In this document: one piece after another, positions 25,106-32,000 of the stretch | Numbering within the stretch: position 1 is the stretch's first letter | How the letters are laid out: each line of letters starts with the position of its first letter | Assembly (NCBI RefSeq): GCF_008065095.1 | Contig: NZ_CP042911.1 | Span: 60,001 to 92,000 of the forward strand | DNA from: Gemmata obscuriglobus | Lineage (GTDB): Bacteria; Planctomycetota; Planctomycetia; Gemmatales; Gemmataceae | Direction of reading: 5' to 3' | Length of the DNA: 32,000 nucleotides | Made by a program: the position numbers and the translations under genes | The notes under the pieces: model-generated | Told to the model about the DNA's origin: nothing | What the model saw: the letters and a program-made list of their open reading frames with translations, nothing else | Database searches by the model: none

Positions 25106-25554
25106 GAACGGCGACGGAAGAACCAAAACAGCGCGGACGCGCTAAGCAAACCGCCGACCCCGAGGGCCAGCCCCAGTGGCCTGTTAACGGACGGAGTGGT
25201 GAACTCCGCAGACGCCCCCGCTTCGGCGGTCTGGGCGACTACAAACGTTAATCTGGCGGTATGCCCAGTGGAATTGGCAACGAGCTTGTACTCACCCGGC
25301 GGTGGCGGGGGGAACGAGTACACGCCGTGTTCGTCGGCGGTGCCGGAGACGATCTCGGCGCCGGCCGCGTTCGTGACGGTTACGGTCGCACGATCGGCCG
25401 GCAGGTCGTCTTCAAAATACACTACTACACGAACAACCTCGGACCGGACCTCGACGTCCGCGCGCATCGCGTGCGCGTGGGCCGTCCCCGGGCAGAGCAG
25501 CGCCCCTAAGAGGCCGAGGGCGATCGGGTGGAAACGCGAACCAGAAAGTCGCAT
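25102..25554 (-). CDS. Secreted Ig-like (carboxypeptidase-regulatory-like) protein with a His-rich mature N-terminus and a C-terminal transmembrane anchor
   Basis: ATG 25554 has GGAG 6 nt upstream. The signal peptide ends in ...CPGTAHA. The mature end is HAMRADVEV, followed by a beta-rich region (VTVTNAAGAEIVSGTADEHGVYSF...GEYKLVANSTGH). A C-terminal hydrophobic helix is followed by RRRS. Confidence 0.7.
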   Translation of the reverse strand: MRLSGSRFHPIALGLLGALLCPGTAHAHAMRADVEVRSEVVRVVVYFEDDLPADRATVTVTNAAGAEIVSGTADEHGVYSFPPPPPGEYKLVANSTGHTARLTFVVAQTAEAGASAEFTTPSVNRPLGLALGVGGLLSASALFWFFRRRS

Positions 25555-25603
25555 CGGCGGCTCCGAACGGTGGTTCGGTCATTTTACCAGAGCGGGAGTG
25601 GGA

Positions 25604-26446
25604 ATGCCCATTTGGGAAGCCGTATTGTTGGGCATCATTCAGGGACTGACAGAGTTCCTGCCGATCAGCAGCACCGCACACCTCCTCGTCGCGCGGAACC
25701 TGTTGGGGCACGAGAAGCCCGAAGACGCATTTACGGTCGTGATTCAGCTCGGAACCCTGGTCGCGGTGTTCGTGTACTTCCGCTCGGACATCGCAAAGAT
25801 GTTGCGGGGACTTGTTGCGGACGTTCGGGCGCGGCGGCTCGCCAGCACACCAGAGTCGCGCCTCGGGTGGTTCATCGTGCTCGGCAGCGTGCCGGTTGTG
25901 GGAGCTGGATTCACGCTGAAGAAGTGGCTTAAAGTGACGTTTTTCAACCCGACATCGATCGCGATCGTGGCAATCGCGTTCGCGCTCCTGATGGCCTTGT
26001 CCGAGTGGTGGGCGGCGCGGCGGGCGGGACGCGGGCAACCGCCTCGCGCCGAGACGGAAATCACTTGGTTTGATGCGCTTTGGATCGGAGCGTTTCAAGC
26101 TCTCGCGCTGATGCCGGGCGGGTCGCGATCCGGGACGACCATCACCGCCGGGCTGTTCGCGGGGCTGAGCCGTTCCGCGGCGGCGCGGTTCTCGTTCCTG
26201 TTGTCGCTGCCAGCGATTCTCGGGGCCGGCCTAAAGGAAATGTACGACGAGCGGGCAACGCTACTCGCCAGCGAACAGCTCCGGGCCCTGGTCGTCGGGC
26301 TGCTGGTGTCGGCTTTGGTGGGCTATTTCGCGATTGCGTTTCTACTCAGCTTTCTGAAACGTTACAGTACGAGTGCGTTCGTAGTGTACCGGCTTTTACT
26401 CGGGGTCGGGATTCTCGGACTCATTGCCGTGGGTGTACTGAAATGA
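25604..26446 (+). CDS. uppP: Undecaprenyl-diphosphate phosphatase (BacA/UppP)
   Basis: Comes from ORF 25013..26446, trimmed to ATG 25604 with GGGAG 5 nt upstream. Motifs: GIIQGLTEFLPISSTAHL and PGGSRSGTTI. Confidence 0.93.
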   Translation: MPIWEAVLLGIIQGLTEFLPISSTAHLLVARNLLGHEKPEDAFTVVIQLGTLVAVFVYFRSDIAKMLRGLVADVRARRLASTPESRLGWFIVLGSVPVVGAGFTLKKWLKVTFFNPTSIAIVAIAFALLMALSEWWAARRAGRGQPPRAETEITWFDALWIGAFQALALMPGGSRSGTTITAGLFAGLSRSAAARFSFLLSLPAILGAGLKEMYDERATLLASEQLRALVVGLLVSALVGYFAIAFLLSFLKRYSTSAFVVYRLLLGVGILGLIAVGVLK

Positions 26447-26453
26447 GGCCGGC

Positions 26454-27140
26454 ATGGAAATTGACTTGAACGCGGACCTTGGCGAAGGGGGCGGCCGTGA
26501 TGCCGAACTGATGCCGCTCATCACGTCCGCCAACGTGTGCTGTGGCCTGCACGCGGGCGGGCCGAGCGAGATCGCCGCGACGCTCGCACTCGCGGGCCAG
26601 CACGGCGTGACGGTCGGGGCGCACCCCGGGTACGCGGATCGTGCCAATTTCGGACGGATCGAGCAGTCACTTCTGCCGGACGACGTGGCCGCACTGTGTC
26701 TTTACCAGCTCGGGGCGCTGCTCGCACTGACTCCCAAGGTGCGCTATGTGAAACCGCACGGCGCCCTTTACAACCAAGCCTGCCGTGATCGAACCCTGGC
26801 GCACACGGTTGTTGAGGTCGCGGCGAGTTACGACCTCGCCGTGGTGGGCCTGCCGGGATCGCAACTCGAAGCCGCAACGAAGACACTCAACAGCCGGTTC
26901 GTACCCGAGGGCTTTGCGGACCGCCGCTACCGGCCGGACGGCTCGCTCGTGCCACGCACGGAGCCCGACGCGTTCGTTCACGACCCCGCCGAGGCCGTTT
27001 CCCAGGTCGAATGGCTGGTTCGCGCGAAGGGCGTGCGCACGATCTGTGTTCACGGTGACAACCCGGAAGCGGTGACGTTCACACGAGCGGTGCGGGCCTC
27101 GCTTCTGGCGCGCGGGTTCACGCTGAAGGCCTTCGCATGA
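26454..27140 (+). CDS. pxpA: 5-oxoprolinase subunit A (LamB/YcsF family)
   Basis: The N-terminus is MEIDLNADLGEG...MPLITSANVCCGLHAGGP, with ...VGAHPGY further on. Confidence 0.92.
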   Translation: MEIDLNADLGEGGGRDAELMPLITSANVCCGLHAGGPSEIAATLALAGQHGVTVGAHPGYADRANFGRIEQSLLPDDVAALCLYQLGALLALTPKVRYVKPHGALYNQACRDRTLAHTVVEVAASYDLAVVGLPGSQLEAATKTLNSRFVPEGFADRRYRPDGSLVPRTEPDAFVHDPAEAVSQVEWLVRAKGVRTICVHGDNPEAVTFTRAVRASLLARGFTLKAFA

Positions 27141-28081
27141 GTTTGTCGGTTCGTGAACCCGGGCTGCAGTCGCTTTTGGTTGATTTCGGGCGCGAGCGGA
27201 GCCGCGCGCTGGGGGTGCCCGTCGGCGGCGCCGCCGACCGTGCCGCACTTGCCCTCGGGAACGCACTCGTCGGGAACGCCTCGCACGTCGCGGCACTGGA
27301 AGTCGCGCTCGCGGGGCCGGTCCTTGAAGCCCTTCACCCGACCGCGTGCGTAATCTTCGGGGCGCCGTTTCAAAGCACTGTGAACGGTCGGCCACTCAAC
27401 TCGGGGATGACCTTCCAGCTCGATCCGGGAGAAGTATTGCGGGTCGGCGGAACGGCGGCGGGCGCGCGGGCGTACTTATGCGTGGCTGGCGGTTTTGAAG
27501 CGAACGAGGTGCTCGGCAGCCGCTCCGCGCTGGAACCTATTCGCGCCGGGACCATCCTGACGTGCGCAGCGAGCCGCTGTGAGCCGCGGGGTCTGCCGTT
27601 CGCGTGGTTAGAGGAAGCGTATCTCTCACCTCCCTTCAGTGCCGGGGAGGGCTTCCAGTCTCTTCGTACTCTCGATGGGCCGCAGCGCGACTGGTTTGTT
27701 GACGACCGGTTCTTTACGCAAACCTACGACGTGTTGCCCGCGAGTAATCGCATGGGAGTGCGGTTCCACGGGGCGCCAATTGTGCGGAGGTCGGGGGAAC
27801 TGGTTTCGGAAGCGGTCGCGCCCGGGGCCGTGCAGGTGACCAACGACGGTTTGCCCATTGTGCTCGGTGCGGACGGTCAGACGATCGGTGGGTACCCGAA
27901 GGTGGCGCACGTGATCCGTGCCGATCTCGACCGCCTCGCGCAACTCCGACCCGGAGACCGGGTGCGATTCGTTTGCGTTTCGTCCGCCGAGGCGGAGAAC
28001 GCGGCCAGGGAGCGGGCAGAGTTCCTGCGTGGGTGGCTCGTGCGGCTTGCCGTTGCGGAGCGACGGCCCGTTCTCGGTTGA
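27137..28081 (+). CDS. pxpC: 5-oxoprolinase subunit C (KipA / allophanate hydrolase subunit 2-like carboxyltransferase)
   Basis: Its start overlaps the pxpA stop as ATGA. Motifs: PGLQSLLVDFGR, GVPVGGAADRAALALGNALVGN and SNRMGVRF...DGQTIGGYPKVAHVIRADLDRLAQLRPGD. Confidence 0.9.
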   Translation: MSLSVREPGLQSLLVDFGRERSRALGVPVGGAADRAALALGNALVGNASHVAALEVALAGPVLEALHPTACVIFGAPFQSTVNGRPLNSGMTFQLDPGEVLRVGGTAAGARAYLCVAGGFEANEVLGSRSALEPIRAGTILTCAASRCEPRGLPFAWLEEAYLSPPFSAGEGFQSLRTLDGPQRDWFVDDRFFTQTYDVLPASNRMGVRFHGAPIVRRSGELVSEAVAPGAVQVTNDGLPIVLGADGQTIGGYPKVAHVIRADLDRLAQLRPGDRVRFVCVSSAEAENAARERAEFLRGWLVRLAVAERRPVLG

Positions 28082-28143
28082 CCTTGCTCCCCCTCGCGGC
28101 CCTCGCTATCCGGCCCACTTTCAACGCACGGAGGAGCGGGACC

Positions 28144-28509
28144 ATGCGGAAAGCAGCACTGATCAGCGCGGCGGCGAGTGCCGTGATCGGGTACGCGGCG
28201 GTTCATTTCGCCTTTTTCGCCACCCCCGAGCCGACGGTCGCTCCCGAGGTGCCGGCTGCCGAAACAGCCGCAGAACCGGTGCTCCTGGCTGATGTCGTCG
28301 AGGTAACGGATACCGACGTACTGCTCGAAGCTCGGGCGACAGAGGCCGAGGGCACGCCTTTCGATCCGCAAGTCGTACCGGCCTCGTTCGGGGCACCTGC
28401 GAAAGAGGTTCCGCCGATCCCGCCGGCCGATGAAACCGAAGAACCTAGGCGGGCCTCGGTCGAGGTCGAAGTGGCACCGCTGCCGCACGCGGGCCGGGTT
28501 CGTTCGTGA
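28144..28509 (+). CDS. Hypothetical N-terminally anchored Pro/Glu/Ala-rich protein
   Basis: Comes from ORF 27973..28509, trimmed to ATG 28144 with GGAGGAG 7 nt upstream. It has one N-terminal transmembrane helix. It ends 14 bp before the ISAs1-like terminal repeat, so its C-terminus may have been altered by the insertion. Confidence 0.5.
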   Translation: MRKAALISAAASAVIGYAAVHFAFFATPEPTVAPEVPAAETAAEPVLLADVVEVTDTDVLLEARATEAEGTPFDPQVVPASFGAPAKEVPPIPPADETEEPRRASVEVEVAPLPHAGRVRS

Positions 28510-28522
28510 CCCGATCCCCAGG

Positions 28523-29764
28523 GCCTTTCCTTGATTCACTCTACGTAACTCCGATAAGTCCCTTGGCCATTGCCGGGTCCATCTGGAGCCGCTCGATCGC
28601 CTCCGGGCAACTCACCGCCTTGACCTCACGCCACAGGTGCACCACGGCGTTCCGCAGCGCCGCCAGCACCTGTGGTGCGTGCCCCATGCGCACACGACAC
28701 GCGTCCTCGCCCAGTGTCACGTCACGCACGTAATGCAGTTCGTTCTCGATGCGCCAGTGCGTCCGCACATGGTTCAGGAGTGTGGCCGCATCCGCCTTCT
28801 CGGCCGACAGGCTCGTGATGCCGAAATGCACTTCGACCGTCGTTTGGCCTCGGACCGTCCGCTCACGCGTCAACTGGAAGCCCTGCTTCACCCCCGCCCA
28901 CGTCGGCGAGCACGTCAGAATCGAGGTCGTTTGCAGCGTCCGCTTCTCGATGCGGCCGTGACCCTTATCGACGGTCGTGGCGATGCGGCTCGGGGCGGGC
29001 GGAGGCCGATCCCCAGGGGGAAGTGGCCGCCGCGATCGATCGGGCGGCGGTCTCGAAGGCGAACCCGGCTCGGATGTCGATCCCCAATCCGGGTTGGTTG
29101 TCCTTCACCGTGAGCACGTAGTCGCCGCCGGCCCCGACCACCTCCTCGGCCAGGTCTCGCTGGCAGAACATGGCGTCGCCGACCACGACCTTCCCTCGCA
29201 GCGGCAGAATGCCGAGGAGCGTCAAGGCGGCCTTGTGCTCGTTGGTGCTCGCATCGACCTTGACCTGGGCGAGTACGGCACCGACGGTGGGGGCGTATGC
29301 GGCCAGCAGGTGCTGACCGGGGATCGCGCCGTTGCGAGAGCCTCGAAGGGTCTTGCCGTCGATGGAGATGTGTGTGAAGGCGGCCGGGTCGACGCGGCTG
29401 GCGATCCAGTACGAGAGGACGTGCTCCAGTTGGTCGGCGTCGAAGCGTCGCAGGGTGCGGGAGAGCGTGGAAACGGCCGGGGTCTTGCCGCGTCGGAAGC
29501 CGAGGGCATGGGCGAGGGCGGGTCCGTGCTGTCGCCCGAAGCGAGCGATGCCATTGAGGCTGGTGCGCCCCATGAGCATGGCGAGGGCGACGAGTCCGAG
29601 GAAGGGGGCGAGTGGGTGGATAAGGCCGTGCTTGCTGCGGGGATCGGGAACCGCCGCCAGGGCATCGACCAGGGTGCAAGGAGACATGGGTACCTTCCTG
29701 GCTGCGAGAAGGCGCCCCATATAGCCACGTTCCCTCGTGTAAGCAAGGTGAAATAAGGAAAGGC
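28523..29764 (-). mobile_element. ISAs1-family insertion sequence (copy A)
   Basis: Imperfect terminal inverted repeats: GCCTTTCCTTGATTCAC (28523-28539) against the reverse complement of 29748-29764 (GCCTTTCCTTATTTCAC), 15 of 17 identical. They bracket a transposase gene about 382 codons long. Confidence 0.8.
28541..29687 (-). pseudogene. ISAs1-family DDE transposase interrupted by one frameshift
   Basis: The N-terminal part comes from ORF 28965..29828, trimmed to ATG 29687, and reads VPDPRSKHGLIHPL...ISIDGKTLRGS...VVGDAMFCQ...GGDYVLTVKDNQP. The C-terminal part is in another frame and ends at 28541. By hand translation that frame is open upstream through at least ...APSRIATTVDKGHGRIEKRTL..., then continues ...HWRIENELHYVRDVTLGED. 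The switch maps to about 28990-29040, near a C4/G5 run. Confidence 0.8.
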
Positions 29765-29844
29765 GGGTGCCCCTCTGGATTTTGGCATTTGTGAACGGTA
29801 TGGGAGCCGGCTGGGGAAGCCGTGGCAATCTGGGAGGGATACTG

Positions 29845-30135
29845 ATGCCGACGCTGACTATAGAATACAGTACCGAATCCGAACGGTTGGCCTTGGAACA
29901 ACTGCTGGGCTATTTCACGGACCTGAATCGTCTGGCCCAAGAAGCTCCCGACGGCACGGTCCTGGCCGCCTGCGAGAAGCATGCACTCGATCAAGGGCGC
30001 AAACTGTTGCGGACCACACTCGGTGCCGCCTTGGGTTCACGGATCGAGAAGGACGAGCAAAAAGGGGGCGCGCCCGCACCTGCGCGAAGACGCACCCCGG
30101 GCGCTCCAAAGGACCGCACACCCGAACGGTTGTGA
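29845..30135 (+). CDS. ISKra4-family transposase, N-terminal ORF (orfA)
   Basis: ATG 29845 has GGGAGGG 6 nt upstream. The product begins MPTLTIEYSTESERLALEQLL...LAACEKHALDQGRKLLR. Its frame terminates at 30135, overlapping the next ORF as GTGA. Confidence 0.75.
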   Translation: MPTLTIEYSTESERLALEQLLGYFTDLNRLAQEAPDGTVLAACEKHALDQGRKLLRTTLGAALGSRIEKDEQKGGAPAPARRRTPGAPKDRTPERL

Positions 30136-31202
30136 CCGCCGTTGGTCCGATTGAGCTGGAGCGGAGGTATTTCCACTGCCCCACTTGCGGGCAAGGCGAG
30201 TTCGGAGCCGATCGCGGGCTGGGCCTCAGCGGCTACGTCACCCCGGGCGCCTGTCGGATGGCCGTCTTGCTGGGCGTCCAACAGTCCTTCGCCAAAGCCG
30301 AAGTGACTCTGGCCGAGGTGGTCGGCTGGGAATTGGACGACAACACCATCCGGCAACTCTGCCACGCCACGGCGGCCCAGGCCACCGCCACCCGGCAACA
30401 CCGCTCGACCGCTGAAGTCTTCACCCGAGCCCAAGCCGCGGCCAGGACCGAGCGGCCGGTGGACAGCGAGTTGCACATCGACGCGGGCAAGGTCAACACT
30501 GTGGAGGACGGTTGGCGGGATCTCAAGATGGCCGTTTTTGCCCGGCGCGAGCGAAGTGCGCCGACCACGGCGATGGACTGGGAGGGACGCGACCTGCCAA
30601 CCCCGTTGGCGCGGTCGGTGATCGCGGCCGTGGAGGAGGCGAGCCTGTTCGGGAAGCGGTGTCACGACGAGGCCACGCGACTGGAGTGGACCGATTCGAG
30701 CCAAATGACGGTACTGGGGGATGGGGCCGAGTGGTTGTGGAACGTGTCCGAGCAGCACTTCCGTGACGCGACCCAGGTCCTCGACTTCTGGCATGGGGCG
30801 GAGTACCTCGCCAGCGGGGCGAAGGCGGTGTTCGGTCCCGGGGTCCAAGCCGCGACGGCGTTTGTCCGGGGCAAGTCGAAGCTGCTGGAAGACGGATATC
30901 CCGGGTTGGTGGACTGGATCGGAGAACTGACCGGGCAGATGCCCGCCGGAGGCGACGGAGCCGCCTTGGGCGGCGTATTGAATTACTTTTGTGGCCAACA
31001 GGGGCGGTTGAATTATGCGGTGCGTTTGCGGCGGGGGCAGTCGATTGGAAGCGGGTTGGTGGAGGGAACGGTTAAGCAATTGCTCAACATCAGAATGAAA
31101 CAAACTGGGGCGAGATGGAATCTGGGGCATGTGGCACCGTTTGTCGAACTGGGGGCATTAGCAGCGGGGCCGGAGTGGAAGGGGTTTTGGGAAAACCAAT
31201 AA
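30132..31202 (+). CDS. ISKra4-family transposase, catalytic ORF (orfB, in the -1 frame relative to orfA)
   Basis: Motifs: RRYFHCPTCGQGEFGADRGLGL, VLGDGAEWLWN, VLDFWHGAEYL and LRRGQSIGSGLVEGTVKQLLNIRMKQTGARW. This frame is open upstream back to about 30021 and meets orfA at the A5G5 run (30059-30068). Confidence 0.85.
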   Translation: MTAVGPIELERRYFHCPTCGQGEFGADRGLGLSGYVTPGACRMAVLLGVQQSFAKAEVTLAEVVGWELDDNTIRQLCHATAAQATATRQHRSTAEVFTRAQAAARTERPVDSELHIDAGKVNTVEDGWRDLKMAVFARRERSAPTTAMDWEGRDLPTPLARSVIAAVEEASLFGKRCHDEATRLEWTDSSQMTVLGDGAEWLWNVSEQHFRDATQVLDFWHGAEYLASGAKAVFGPGVQAATAFVRGKSKLLEDGYPGLVDWIGELTGQMPAGGDGAALGGVLNYFCGQQGRLNYAVRLRRGQSIGSGLVEGTVKQLLNIRMKQTGARWNLGHVAPFVELGALAAGPEWKGFWENQ

Positions 31203-31244
31203 CGGGCCAAAATCCAGAGGGGCACCCAGGAAAGACCCTAGGGC

Positions 31245-32000
31245 TTACGCACTATGCGTGGAGAGTCCTTGGAGCACTTGAGCCATGTACTGGTCGTCCC
31301 ATCCGGCCCGGAGCCGTCGGGTGTGGATACTCCCCTTCTTCCCGGCGCGCTTGAGCAGGGACACGGCCACCCGCCGGATCATCCCCAGGTTGGCACCCGC
31401 GTGCCCGACTCGCGTCCGGCTCTCGTCCTCCCGGAACGCCACGTCCAGAACCCAGTGCATCGACTCGATGTGCCAGTGCCCGCGGATGTACCCGGCCAGC
31501 TCGGCCGCGCCGACCCGCAGGCTGCTCAGGTAGTAGTGGGCGGTGCTCTCGTTCGCCTTCCCCTTCACCTGCCGGTCCCGGCACACCAACGCGACCGAGC
31601 CGACACCCGCCCAACCGGCCGGCAGCCCGTCTGGGTCGTGCACCACCGTCACATTCCGCTCCTCGTGCCGGCCGTGCGCGTCGGTCACCGACGTGTGCCC
31701 GTCGCACCCGGCGAATTCTGCTTCGCCGGCCCGGTCGAACACCCCGGCGATGGCGTCCCGCAGGGTCGGTTGGTTCCCCTTCACGCACACCACGTACTCC
31801 CCGCCCCGCGCCCGGATCACCTCCAGCGTCTCGGTCTGGCACCCGGCGGCGTCCAGCGTCACCACCGCCCCCGTCAGGTCCAGGGTGGCGAGCACGTCCC
31901 GGAACGTGGTGATCTCGTGCCCGCCCTCGGGCACCGACCGCTGGCCGAGGATCAGGTTGCTCCCGATGTCCCACACCTCGACCAGGTGCAGGCACCCGGA
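31245..32000 (-). CDS. ISAs1-family DDE transposase (copy B), running off the right edge (partial)
   Basis: Motifs: VTLDAAGCQ, GGEYVVCVKGNQPTL, AHGRHEERN, YYLSSL and GHWHIESMHWVLDVAFREDESR. The N-terminal region lies beyond 32000. It is clearly divergent from copy A. Confidence 0.85.
   Translation of the reverse strand, partial: SGCLHLVEVWDIGSNLILGQRSVPEGGHEITTFRDVLATLDLTGAVVTLDAAGCQTETLEVIRARGGEYVVCVKGNQPTLRDAIAGVFDRAGEAEFAGCDGHTSVTDAHGRHEERNVTVVHDPDGLPAGWAGVGSVALVCRDRQVKGKANESTAHYYLSSLRVGAAELAGYIRGHWHIESMHWVLDVAFREDESRTRVGHAGANLGMIRRVAVSLLKRAGKKGSIHTRRLRAGWDDQYMAQVLQGLSTHSA

Larger units (their letters stand above)
29765..31227 (+). mobile_element. ISKra4-family insertion sequence with perfect 22-bp terminal inverted repeats
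   Basis: GGGTGCCCCTCTGGATTTTGGC (29765-29786) is the exact reverse complement of 31206-31227. It is flanked directly by AGGAAAGGC (29756-29764) and AGGAAAGAC (31228-31236), a 9-bp target duplication with 8 of 9 identical. Confidence 0.88.

Noticed and set aside
25555-25603. The 49-bp divergent spacer between the secreted-protein gene and uppP, considered as a special shared regulatory element.
   Set aside because: It is short but contains no palindrome or recognisable operator. Tight divergent spacing alone is not evidence of co-regulation.
1-32000. CRISPR arrays, rRNA genes, integrases or prophage genes, toxin-antitoxin pairs, and known defence or biosynthetic clusters.
   Set aside because: None is visible. 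The only direct repeats are short (9-21 bp, 2 copies). The only mobile DNA is the IS nest at the right end.

Overview
High-GC bacterial chromosomal window. I hand-counted about 70% G+C in a typical coding stretch. The gene content suggests Planctomycetota, probably Gemmataceae-like (inference): a DUF1559/H-X9-DG pseudopilin-like protein, a TIGR02996-type protein, a Uma2 nuclease, and a roughly 1150-aa Ser/Thr kinase with a WD40 propeller. Most of the window is ordinary core genome: tRNA-Pro(UGG), parB, polX, a class I/II aminotransferase, hisI, apt, uppP, pxpA, pxpC, groES, an RRM glycine-rich RNA-binding protein and a CheY-like regulator. The right end (about 28.5-32 kb) is a nest of three insertion sequences. 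These are a frameshifted ISAs1-like copy, an ISKra4-like element with perfect 22-bp terminal repeats, and a second, partial ISAs1-like copy. I found no CRISPR array, rRNA, prophage or recognisable defence or biosynthetic cluster. The observations most worth a second look are: (1) an orphan parB preceded by a 995-bp gene-free region that carries two perfect parS palindromes inside a 25-bp perfect inverted repeat; (2) three tandem, translationally coupled paralogs of a small secreted protein of unknown function; (3) a small secreted protein with a His-rich mature N-terminus whose stop overlaps (GTGA) the start of the transmembrane kinase-WD40 gene; (4) a response regulator-groES-rbp stress cluster with no groEL, flanked by a roughly 0.5-kb AT-rich non-coding island; (5) homopolymer frameshifts in two IS transposases. 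None of these is proven to be a new system. Functional claims are inferences from motifs I recognise by eye, without database searches.
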